A DNA stretch of 63,904 nt, filler included, from Octopus bimaculoides (lineage: Eukaryota), in NCBI RefSeq assembly GCF_001194135.2. It is 6 parts of 5 records of this genome, joined end to end, with 100 filler letters (N's around TTAATTAATTAA, not from the genome) between each part and the next. Parts side by side here need not be neighbours in the genome. Positions count along the whole stretch, not along the records: positions 1 to 10,253 come from NC_068991.1; positions 10,354 to 32,433 come from NC_068982.1; 4 more parts are not named here. The stretch is one strand, 5' to 3'. The notes below the pieces were generated by a model. The model searched no databases. It was not told where the DNA came from and saw only the letters and a program-made list of their open reading frames with translations. Both the position numbers and the translations under genes were made by a program. This document shows, piece by piece, positions 1-11,223 of this stretch. The first letter of the stretch is position 1; the number at the start of each line of letters is the position of its first letter.

Positions 1-26
1 GTTTCCATATATGTAAGAAATATGTA

Positions 27-668
27 CATTTGGTCACCCCACAAATAATACAGTTATTCTATACTTCATTTAATTTTCAAAATTAAAATAAAGTTCCTTT
101 TTAATCTAAAGTATACTCTCCATTTTCTTCAATGCTCTTCCATTTACCTGGTAGACTTGCAAGGCCCTTCTTCCAAAATTCACTTGTCTGTGACAAAAGT
201 ACTCCTCCAGTACTGTTCTGACCTCGTCTACAGAATTCAATGTTTTCCCGTCCAATGATTTTCAAGACTGCGGAATAAATGATAATCAGACGGAGCAATG
301 TCCAGCGAATATGGTGGGTGTGGCATCGTTTCCCATTCAAACTACGCCAACCGTTGACTCTGGTTTACGCTTGTTGTCCGATTCCCATATATTGCCTTAA
401 TATTCTCCGCACTTTCCGTTCCGTTGTTGCCTTTATTAAACACATAAAGCAAAATATGCCGAATATGCTTCCTTGTCATTTCCATTATAACTTTCAAAAC
501 ATAACTGTTAAAATCGAACTGCACTCTTCAAAACTTGCACTAAGAATAAGGACAAGGTAAAACTACTACCTGCTTTTATAGCAAGCTGATGTAGGTAGTT
601 TATCCCGTCCCCCACCGACTTTTAGTTCATGCAATTGAAATAAACATTATTTATGGGATGACCCAATA
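27..668 (-). mobile_element. Internally deleted Tc1/mariner (mariner-type) DNA transposon, 642 bp
   Basis: Imperfect ~24-bp TIRs (catttggtcaccccacaaataat / revcomp tattgggtcatcccataaataat) flanked by TA on both sides. The minus strand encodes a mariner HTH start (RHILLYVFNKGNNGTESAENI) fused to the C-terminal region (HPPYSLDIAPSDYHLFRSL ... EFWKKGLASLPGKW), with stops and frameshifts. Confidence 0.92.
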
Positions 669-679
669 TATATGTACAC

Positions 680-754
<75 letters not shown>

Positions 755-1699
755 CGTAGGCGTTTGTTCGACCTGCTAGGAAAAGCAATTAAATGTCCCT
801 AAAATTTTAGAAACAGACAGGTCATTGAATAATACAATCCTGGATAATCCTTGCTTGAAAACAAGAAACAATGATCTCTATTTTATTCTAGGTCTGCTTG
901 ACTAAGAGACTCAACATCGACATGTACTTCAGTCGTGAATCGAATCTCAGTTTATCTGCAACTTAACACCACCCTTCTCTACTGATATTAAGTAGATGTA
1001 GCATAAGATGGTGTTAAGTAGATAAGGTATATCATATACTGTATGGATATATCACCTTGTAACATAACGAAAACCCCCTTCTTTTTTTCAAACTATGCTG
1101 TATCCATGTATCATGAATTTAGATTATTAGAGAATTTAAAATAGGTCTTCTTGAAGTTATATTTCATGAACCCAAGGGGACTGATATTATCTTAGATCAG
1201 TTTCAACAATTCTGATGGTTTTGTTGCTAGAATCACTTCTCAACTTAGCATTAATTTCATTCTTGGACAAAAGAGATATAAGTTAACGAAGCAAAAACAG
1301 TTCAGACTTCAACTTAAGTCAGTAAACTATAGCCTAATGCATGTTAGTCATGTTAGGAGAAAGGACGATGAAATTTCAAATCTAACATAGTAGATCGTTA
1401 TGTGAGATGTTATCCAGATATTTTAGGTCAACTCTAGAGGGTCTGCCTTTTGAAAGAAGCACCAGAGATACCATTAATATTAGTATTTAGACATGGAACA
1501 GATCAGATAGCCGAACTGCTGCTGCTGCTGTTGCTGCTGGATTTACATGACATTCAGTCAAAGATGCATGCGTTGTTTGTTTAGGGTGAGAAAATAAAAG
1601 AGCTGGTCGCCGCCAACGAAAGCCGATAGTTTACAAATGATTTATGACGGACTGTTCTTTAGGCCTTTGTAGAGTTTTAGCTAAAGAAACGGGCACTCA

Positions 1700-1700
<1 letters not shown>

Positions 1701-1758
<58 letters not shown>
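1701..1758. repeat. (CT)n microsatellite running into an assembly gap
   Basis: Visible perfect dinucleotide run ending at Ns. Confidence 0.95.
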
Positions 1759-2369
1759 NNNNNNNNNNNNNNNNNNNNNNNNNNNNNNNNNNNNNNNNNN
1801 NNNNNNNNNNNNNNNNNNNNNNNNNNNNNNNNNNNNNNNNNNNNNNNNNNNNNNNNNNNNNNNNNNNNNNNNNNNNNNNNNNNNNNNNNNNNNNNNNNNN
1901 NNNNNNNNNNNNNNNNNNNNNNNNNNNNNNNNNNNNNNNNNNNNNNNNNNNNNNNNNNNNNNNNNNNNNNNNNNNNNNNNNNNNNNNNNNNNNNNNNNNN
2001 NNNNNNNNNNNNNNNNNNNNNNNNNNNNNNNNNNNNNNNNNNNNNNNNNNNNNNNNNNNNNNNNNNNNNNNNNNNNNNNNNNNNNNNNNNNNNNNNNNNN
2101 NNNNNNNNNNNNNNNNNNNNNNNNNNNNNNNNNNNNNNNNNNNNNNNNNNNNNNNNNNNNNNNNNNNNNNNNNNNNNNNNNNNNNNNNNNNNNNNNNNNN
2201 NNNNNNNNNNNNNNNNNNNNNNNNNNNNNNNNNNNNNNNNNNNNNNNNNNNNNNNNNNNNNNNNNNNNNNNNNNNNNATATATATATATATATATATACA
2301 CACACAAACGCACACAAACACACTCGTAAATACACTATCGCAAACAGCAGTAGCTTTCTTCAACCGAAT

Positions 2370-2525
2370 ACACGTCGCTGATTAGTTGAAATTACCCAAA
2401 TACGACAACTTTAACACGAAATAACTTCTAAAATAGGAAATTTTGTCAAAAACGTTCAGAGTGAGCCGTGTTCTACGTAAGAAATTCTACCAGTATTCGA
2501 AGTTTCAAACTGTCTTAGTTTAAAA
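2370..2525. mobile_element. Isolated arm of a foldback element related to the MITE at 15873-16487
   Basis: acgtcgctgattagttgaaattacccaaatacgacaactttaacac...ttctaccagtattcgaagtttcaaa aligns by eye with the reverse complement of the MITE left arm (acgtcagtgattggttgaaattacagaaatacgacaactttaacat...ttctaccagtgttccaagtttcaaa). Confidence 0.75.
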
Positions 2526-2699
2526 AATTAATTAAAAAATCTGGATTACTCAATATTTTTCTGAAGAGTATCTTTTGATGGGGGAAAGATTGACAGCGAC
2601 TTGGAAGTTTCGGTTTTACGAGCTGTTACCAGAGCCTCTCAAGACAGTTGGTAAACTGAGATGTCAATGTTATCATCAAACTTTCCCTTGTAGAAATGA

Positions 2700-2731
<32 letters not shown>

Positions 2732-3179
2732 AATCTTGCCGATATATTAACATAATTAAAAAGTAACAAGAGACTACAACAAGATTGTGTTTTCTTTTTA
2801 TCTGTTACTACTAATCTGCATTGCTGACAATTTCAACATAGTTTAAATATTTTTTTTTTCTTGCAGTAATCCTACCGATCTTATCAGGACGGATTACTTA
2901 TCAATTTCGGAAACAAACACCATGTTATAATCAGGCCACCGAAGCTCTCTCACAGTAAGTATAAAAATATTCCTTCTCAAGCTACGCCCTAATAACTTCT
3001 TTTAAAAACTCACTTTAGTTTCTCACCTTTACACAAACGCACGTACTAACATTCGCGCGCGCACACACATATTTACATATACGCATAAATATTTATACAT
3101 ATGTAAACAGTTGTATCTATCAATGTACTAGAATGCATACATACATACATACATATATATATATGTATATATATACGAC

Positions 3180-3240
3180 GGGTACTGAACCCGGAACTAT
3201 ATGGTTGGGAAGCAAACTTCTTACCACATAACCACGCTCG
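3180..3240 (-). mobile_element. 5' head fragment of tRNA/CORE-type SINE (family C)
   Basis: actgaacccggaactatatggttgggaagcaaacttcttaccacataaccac matches the heads at 60480-60513 and 62475-62527. Confidence 0.8.
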
Positions 3241-3272
3241 CACATAAATGTTTATACATTTGTAAATAGTTG

Positions 3273-3335
<63 letters not shown>

Positions 3336-4449
3336 NNNNNNNNNNNNNNNNNNNNNNNNNNNNNNNNNNNNNNNNNNNNNNNNNNNNNNNNNNNNNNNNN
3401 NNNNNNNNNNNNNNNNNNNNNNNNNNNNNNNNNNNNNNNNNNNNNNNNNNNNNNNNNNNNNNNNNNNNNNNNNNNNNNNNNNNNNNNNNNNNNNNNNNNN
3501 NNNNNNNNNNNNNNNNNNNNNNNNNNNNNNNNNNNNNNNNNNNNNNNNNNNNNNNNNNNNNNNNNNNNNNNNNNNNNNNNNNNNNNNNNNNNNNNNNNNN
3601 NNNNNNNNNNNNNNNNNNNNNNNNNNNNNNNNNNNNNNNNNNNNNNNNNNNNNNNNNNNNNNNNNNNNNNNNNNNNNNNNNNNNNNNNNNNNNNNNNNNN
3701 NNNNNNNNNNNNNNNNNNNNNNNNNNNNNNNNNNNNNNNNNNNNNNNNNNNNNNNNNNNNNNNNNNNNNNNNNNNNNNNNNNNNNNNNNNNNNNNNNNNN
3801 NNNNNNNNNNNNNNNNNNNNNNNNNNNNNNNNNNNNNNNNNNNNNNNNNNNNNNNNNNNNNNNNNNNNNNNNNNNNNNNNNNNNNNNNNNNNNNNNNNNN
3901 NNNNNNNNNNNNNNNNNNNNNNNNNNNNNNNNNNNNNNNNNNNNNNNNNNNNNNNNNNNNNNNNNNNNNNNNNNNNNNNNNNNNGGGGGGGGGGCTAGTT
4001 TGAAAAAGCAGACAAAAATTACTGTAAAATATTGGGAAATGTAGTCCTAAAAACGTATGGTTGTACATGGTTAGTCGTAAGTCTGCCTAGAATTAAACAA
4101 CAACGACTCGCACTCACTTGTAATCTATATCATAGGATGCAAGTGAAATCGCCAGTGTTGTGACAGAAATTTCCTCCTAACGCTAGTTGTCTCTCACTCC
4201 CAGCTGTTAGATGACCGTTGACTTCATTGAGTTTATCTGCCCCTTGGTAGACATGGTTTGCCGACTTGCAGGTTACCGAACGAAAACCGCTCTCCTTACT
4301 AAGCAGGCTTAGTAGGGTTACCATTTTAGTTGCTGGAGTCCCAACCACATGACATGTTGTCCTGGGTTACATATTACTAGTAACACTAAGGACTAAGGAC
4401 CTAACAGGGCTTTCATAGAGATACATACATACATACATACATACATACA

Positions 4450-4481
<32 letters not shown>

Positions 4482-5028
4482 CATACATACATACATACAT
4501 ATATACATACATGCATGCATGCTTATAAGCAGACAGACAAACGTATGTTCATACTTGCATATGCTCATACATACATGCATGCATATAAAAAGGTATATGT
4601 TTAAGTAATTCGCAAATTGACAAGTCATTTCGAAATGTAAACAAAAATATTATTCCAAAGTTTACGAAAGAAGTTTGAAATGAATAACCAATTTGCAATT
4701 ATCTTTAAATGTATCTTTCTTTTTTATTACAAACGTCTTATTTTCTACAATACCACCTTCGTAAATCAACACCAGGTTTTTGAGAAATGAAAACAGAAAT
4801 CTATAATAATGGTGTTTAATAACAAGTATTTAAGCATTTACTTATTCGTTTATTTTCGTACATACCTGGCTTCATTTTTGTTTCTTTTTCGATCCTCCAG
4901 TTATATATTCTTAAAGCAAAAGATTACTATATTGTTAATGCTTTTTTCCCCCTAAAACAGCCATCAACGTCTTCTTTGTGCGCGTACGTATGTGCGTGTG
5001 TTTGTGTGCGTGTGTGTGTGTGTGTGTA

Positions 5029-5082
<54 letters not shown>

Positions 5083-5640
5083 TGTAGGTGAACAGACACG
5101 AATATATACACATACACATACATTTACACTTATGCATACATCAGAAAAGAGAACATGAATTCTGGCCAAAGTTTGCAAATTTCTCATATTTTGATTGTTT
5201 ATATTTCTATATAATTTTTCTTTTTTCTTATCGAGAATATGTCTAGAGCATCTCCTATTGAATTACAGAAATGTCTCGTAATATTAATATTCTTTAAGTA
5301 TATTACGATGTATTCCAGAAGTCTCTTGCAATGTGCTTTATTTTTTCTTTTAAATACGGACACACAAACACACATGCAAATAAGACATGCGCCCTCGGAA
5401 ATGCTTCATATAAATTGCTGGCAATATAAACATTTTAGAAATATCTCATAACAGCTATACAGAAATATCTTGAAATATATTCTCAAAACATTTCTTAACA
5501 TCATAATTTCCCGAAAACCTGTAATATTAACGTTTGCCTGTAAAAACTTACTATCGAATTTTGTAATCTTAAATAAATAAACGTATTTATTACGAAAACC
5601 TCTTTTTTGCTTTTTACTGCAAATATTGATTTCAAATTTC

Positions 5641-5836
5641 GGCACAAGGCCAGCAATTTTGAGAGAGGTAGATCGATTACACCGACCCCAGTGCTCAACT
5701 GGTACTTATTTTATCGACCACGAAAGGATGAAAAGCAAAGTCGACCTCGGCGGAATCTGAACTCAGAATGTAAAAACGGACGAAATACCGCTAAGCATTT
5801 TACCCAGCATGCTAACGATTCTGCCAACCCGCCGCC
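5641..5836 (-). mobile_element. tRNA-derived SINE (family B), full length
   Basis: Reverse complement starts ggcggcgggttggcagaatcgttagc, has a B-box-like gagttcagattcc and the family core gtcgactttgcttttcatcctttcgtggtcgataaaataagtaccag; over 12 related copies in the window. Confidence 0.9.
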
Positions 5837-6066
5837 TTTTTTACTGCAAAATTTTTTTTTAAATAACTGTACAATTTCTGTGCCAGAATGGTTTGTAATA
5901 AGTGAACAAATACTAACAAATCCTATATCAGAAACATATATAAAATATCACAACCCTTGCACTGTAGTTATATTTTATCTACTTTCTGTCTGACATTGCA
6001 ATATAAAGTACAGAGAAATATGTGCCATTTTGTCTGAACAAATTACGTTGAATATTAAGTAGATTT

Positions 6067-6234
6067 AAGGCAGCCGGCTGGCAGAATCGTTAGACTTTAC
6101 GTTCTGAATTCAAATTCTCCCGAGACCGACTTTAATTTTCATTCTTTTCGAGTGTCAATAAAACAAGTATCAGTTGAGCACTGGAGTCGAAGTAATCGAA
6201 CACCTCCCTCCCTGAAATAGCTGGCCTTGTGTCT
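6067..6234 (+). mobile_element. SINE family B, internally deleted copy
   Basis: ggctggcagaatcgttag head joined directly to ttacgttctgaattcaaattc; decayed core and tail follow. Confidence 0.8.
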
Positions 6235-6334
6235 AAATTTGAATCCACTATTAAGTAGATTTAATAAGACGCAATCTACTATTATTATACCTTCTGTTTA
6301 CAAATTTATTTCTGTTTCACTACTATATAATTTT

Positions 6335-6540
6335 ACTGGCACCCCGTCGGTTACGACGATGAGTGTTCCAGATGATCACTCTACTGGCACGCGTACCCTT
6401 AACGTATTTCTCAGAGAGATTCAGCGTCACACAGAATGTGACAAGGCGACCCCTTTGAATTACATGCACTACTAATTTTTGCCAACTGAATGAACTGAAG
6501 CAACGTGAAATAAAGTGTCTTGCTCAAAGACGCAACGTGT
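6335..6540 (-). mobile_element. SINE fragment combining family D core with family E 3' module
   Basis: caacgtgaaataaagtgtcttgctcaa is shared with 8405-8432; gtacccttaacgta...gattcagcgt...gtgacaagg...ccctttgaattaca is shared with 8805-8877. Confidence 0.75.
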
Positions 6541-6549
6541 GTGAGTGTA

Positions 6550-6595
<46 letters not shown>

Positions 6596-7875
6596 TACGT
6601 ATGATATGTAATATATGTGTCGTATCCCATGTATAGTACATATTTATATATGTAAGTCAGTGGCGTTTCCTGCATAATTGCAAGGCATGCAATGCATGCT
6701 ATGCATGTCTAAATTACACAAAGGAAATCAGATTTTAATATAAATCTTTTATTTTTTAAGAACTTTGCCTAAAAAACAGTGTGTATGTATATGTGTGTGT
6801 GTATGTATATAACCTATCTACTTTGATACTGAATTTACGCCTTTAGTTGTCTATAAATATTTATACATGTTGAATGTGTATATGTGCACAATCTCACATG
6901 TATATATCATATATATAAGAAAAGGTATGCATAAATGTAAAATTAGGTGTGCAAGAATATTATGTATTATATATCATGTATTACTAGTGTGCGAAATGTA
7001 CGGATCGCTTAAGGTGGTCACTTATACACGTGTGTTTCCTGTAGTTGAAAGTGTATTAGGTTTAAGGAAAGAGATTACTAATTTGGGTTTCGCAAACTTA
7101 CACTACGTCGGTGGTAGAATCTGCAAGACGGAGCAATACCCATGGCCTTCACGGTTCTTCACAGGCCGATGAGAATGATAGCATGAATATTCCTCTTGCA
7201 GGAAAGATATGAAAGGGGGAGGGAATTCCAGTAAATGAACGACTCAGGGAAAGGACTGGACCTAGCATGCTTGCATAAACTTTCCCGTACTTCGATCCAT
7301 ACATATGCTTCTATTTCTATTTATTTATCCGTTCGTGTGTATATGGATGTGTGTAAGTGTGCGCGCGTGTGTGCGTGCACACGTGCTTGAAGATAAGTAT
7401 TTATGATCGTGCGTGCTTTATTTTAAAACTATCGACGTACGAGACCCGACTTTACCTTCATCCAGAACTCTTTTTGCGAATATACTTCCGTTTCTAAATA
7501 TTAACTTGTTTATGAAATGTGTTTATGTGTTGAAAAGTTTTAGCTTTATTTTTATTTTTGCTTCTGTATATAAATATGCATGTAGAATGCATGGGTATAC
7601 ATGTGTATGCCTGTATATGTGTCTGCGTATACACGTACAATATATATATACATATACATGCACATTTCTATGCACGCATTAATAGACACGTAAGCAAAGA
7701 ATTAACATGTAACCACACTTCGTATAGACGCGCACATGTGGGTATGTTTGTAGATATGCACGATGATTACAGAGAGAGTGAGAGACTGACAGGATTTATA
7801 CATGTATAGATATGCAGGTATAGACAAGGTAGATATAGAGACAGACAAAAATATAATAAATATAATATTCGAGCA

Positions 7876-7960
7876 AAGGTGGCGAGCTGGCAGAATCGTT
7901 GGTACGTCGAGCAAAACGCTTAGTAGCATTTGGTCTGTATTTACCTTTATAAGTTCTATT
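7876..7960 (+). mobile_element. SINE family B, 5' fragment
   Basis: aaggtggcgagctggcagaatcgttggtacgtcgagcaaaacgcttagtagcattt. Confidence 0.8.
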
Positions 7961-8264
7961 GCTCCAGCAAACATGGACTAAACTCATTTTTCCCTATGCA
8001 GGTCTTCATTTATTTTTTACACTAATTATTATTAAGCCTTAATTACTTTTGTTCTCATTATTATTATAGTCTCCATTAATCAATTTATTAATTTCGTCTC
8101 GCCATCGGCACTTAACTATATGTTCTATGCAGAAGGCTATTGGGAAATTTTTTAAATGTCACAGTATATTATATAGTTTACACTCAAACACACAAAGGGT
8201 AAATGCGTAGTGCAAGTGTGTGTATATGTGCGTGTGTGTGTGTGTGTGTATATGAGGAGGAGAC

Positions 8265-8520
8265 ACCTTAGAATTGCACCATAGAAAGTTACCCTCCGAG
8301 GAACAAGTCCAGGCAAGGTTGTTTGTGGAAGGCCAGCAGTCGCCCATGCATACCAGCCTCCCCTCTCCACACCACTGGCATTTCTACAGCTGAGTTAACT
8401 GGAGCAACGTGAAATAAAGTGTCTTGCTCAAGAACACAAAACGCAGCCCGGTCCGGGAATCGTACTCACAACCTCACGATCGTAAGCTCGACGCTCTAAC
8501 CACTGAGCCATGCGCCTTCA
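8265..8520 (-). mobile_element. tRNA-derived SINE (family D)
   Basis: Reverse complement has A box tggctcagtgg and B box gagtacgattcc, then a CORE-like ttgagcaagacactttatttcacgttgctccagt; homologues at 8572-8770 and 49780-50060. Confidence 0.88.
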
Positions 8521-8565
<45 letters not shown>

Positions 8566-8571
8566 TAGTTG

Positions 8572-9070
8572 TGTGACCCCTTCGGTCATGAATGACCATG
8601 GGATTGCACCTAGAAATTACCCTCCGAGGCACAAGTCTGGGTTAGGTTGTTTATGAAAGACCAGCAGTCGCCCTTGCATACCAGCCCCCACTCTCTACGC
8701 CACCAGTGTTATCCAAGGGAAAGGCAAAGGCCGATACAGCTTGGCACCAGTGACATTTCAGCTCATTTATTAACGTGCAAGTGGCTGAGCATTCCACAGA
8801 CACGTGTACCCTTAACGTAGTTCTCGGGGGGATTCAGCGTGATACAGAGTGTGACAAGGCTGACCCTTTGAATTACAGGTACAACAGAAACAGGAAGAAA
8901 GAGTGAGAGAAAGTTGTGGTGAAAGAGTACAGCAGGGTTCGCCACCATCCCCTGCCGGAGCCTCGTGGAGCTTTAGGTGTTTTTGCTCAATAAACACTCA
9001 CAATGCCCGGTCTGGGAATCGAAACCGCGATCCTACGACCGCGAGTCCGCTGGGCCATTGCGCCTCCACT
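8572..9070 (-). mobile_element. Family D 3' part (8572-8770) abutting a family E tRNA-derived SINE (8770-9070)
   Basis: 8572-8770 repeats 8265-8370. The reverse complement of 8770-9070 starts gtggaggcgcaatggccc...ggtttcgattcccagaccggg (tRNA-like head with B box). Confidence 0.8.
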
Positions 9071-9117
<47 letters not shown>

Positions 9118-9592
9118 ATATATGTATGTATACCAAATGTATTCTACTTTATACATGCATATTTGACTTATGTGTGTGCTGTATTATTGCTGGCCCGTGC
9201 ATGCGCTTTGTGCTTTCAGTATACCTTACTGTCTCTTCATACATTTATGTAGCTGCCAGCATCTCTCTGTTTATTCGTAAATTTTTAAAAATAAAAATCT
9301 ATATAGAGTTTTATGCTTTGAGGTGTTCTGCGTGAATGTGTTTGTCTCTGTGGTCCTGTGTATGAATTTCACATCTTGTGTGTGTGTTTCTCCGTGAGCG
9401 CGCGTGCGTGAGTGATTACGTGTGCACCTGCCTCTATAAGTGTTTATATATTATGGTGTTATTTATAAACTCATGTATAAACACACTGAAACATGCGGGG
9501 AAACATTTTGGTATACAGAGTACGCGCGCTCGTACGTGAGTGTGAGTGTGCGTTTGCATATGTATATATGCATACATGTGTGTATGTATGTA

Positions 9593-9623
<31 letters not shown>

Positions 9624-9794
9624 ATATATATATATATATATTGCTCTCTTAGTTGGTAAGTAGAATGGTTGACGTGTTGGATAAGAAAATCATTGTCATT
9701 TCGTAGGATATCACTATTCAACAGATGTGGGAATATTATTTCACAGACATTAAGATGTCACTATTATATTGTTATTTCACATTCAATACATTGG

Positions 9795-9992
9795 TTCAAA
9801 GTCAGCAGTTTCGAGTAAAGGGTTAGGTCAACTACATCGACCCTAGCGTTCAAGTAGTACTTATTCTATCGACACCGCAAGTATGAAAGACAAACTTGGT
9901 GTCGACAGAATTTGAACTCAGAACGTAAACACAGACAAAATGCCGCTAAGCATTCTGTCCGGCATGCTAACGATTCTGCCAACTCACCGCCT
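9795..9992 (-). mobile_element. SINE family B
   Basis: gaatttgaactcagaacgtaaac...aatgccgctaagcatt...gctaacgattctgccaactcaccgcc. Confidence 0.85.
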
Positions 9993-10201
9993 TATTATAT
10001 TCAATATATTACGATCGGACCTTAGAAGACTTAACACATCTAATGAATTTAGGCTGGTGTCAATATATATAGTGACACGTGTTATAATCCTATACCGCTG
10101 GTTTCTACAAAATGTACTTAGGCACTCTGACGTCTTTATGTTTGCCACAAATATAATAAAATCATATTTTAAAAATCAAAAAATACAAATTAATGTCTTA
10201 A

Positions 10202-10253
<52 letters not shown>

Positions 10254-10858
10254 NNNNNNNNNNNNNNNNNNNNNNNNNNNNNNNNNNNNNNNNNNNNTTA
10301 ATTAATTAANNNNNNNNNNNNNNNNNNNNNNNNNNNNNNNNNNNNNNNNNNNNGTACGATTATGTATTTTCTTATTAATGTATGTGTGCGTACTGCTGAG
10401 CAAATGTACGTTCTCTCTGTACACGTATATAAGTATGCTCGTAGAATAAAGTCTAGAATCAATATAGATTGTTTTAAATGTGTATATAATTTACGTGTTT
10501 TTGTCAGATTAAATACACTTATCGGAACACTAATTATATCATTTTATTTATAATAACACTACTTGAAACCACTAGTAGGTTATTATAGATATTGTGTTAA
10601 ATTTACTGATACGTATGCTAGAACGCGTAAGCATTCAGATACTGTGTAAAATTTATAAAATGTCCACTCCAATTACTTATCTTAAATTAACATAATTTTC
10701 AGTACTGATGAATGTTTATTGAAAGATTGACGTTATTTTGCATTTATTTCGTCTCGTGCATGGAGTGGGATCTTGAAGACACATTACAAATTCAAGAATT
10801 TAAAACTTTACTATTCTTTCCGCATAATATGTGAGATTAAATATATGATTTTCTAATC

Positions 10859-10959
<101 letters not shown>

Positions 10960-11056
10960 TACGTACATATACGCATACACACACGTACGCACCCTCACAA
11001 ACATATATATACACACATACATATGTATGTATATATATACGTGTGTATATATATGT

Positions 11057-11223
11057 ATTCTTTTACTCTTTTACTTGTTTCAGTCATTTGACTGTGGCCA
11101 TGCTGGAGCACCGCCTTTAGTCGAACAAATCGATCGCAGGACTTATTCTTTGTAAGCCTAGTACTTATTCTATCGGTCTCTTTTGCAGAACCGCTAAGTT
11201 ACGGGGACGTAAACACACCAGCA
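11057..11223 (-). mobile_element. 3' module of SINE family C
   Basis: ttcttttactcttttacttgtttcagtcatttgactgtggccatgctggagcaccgcc...ccgctaagttacggggacgtaaacacaccagc; same module at 28005, 37200, 50290, 55875, 57095, 58225, 60113 and 62125. Confidence 0.9.

Noticed and set aside
8445-8520. tRNA gene
   Set aside because: A and B boxes are present, but there is no proper cloverleaf and the sequence continues into a SINE body; the same applies to the other SINE heads.
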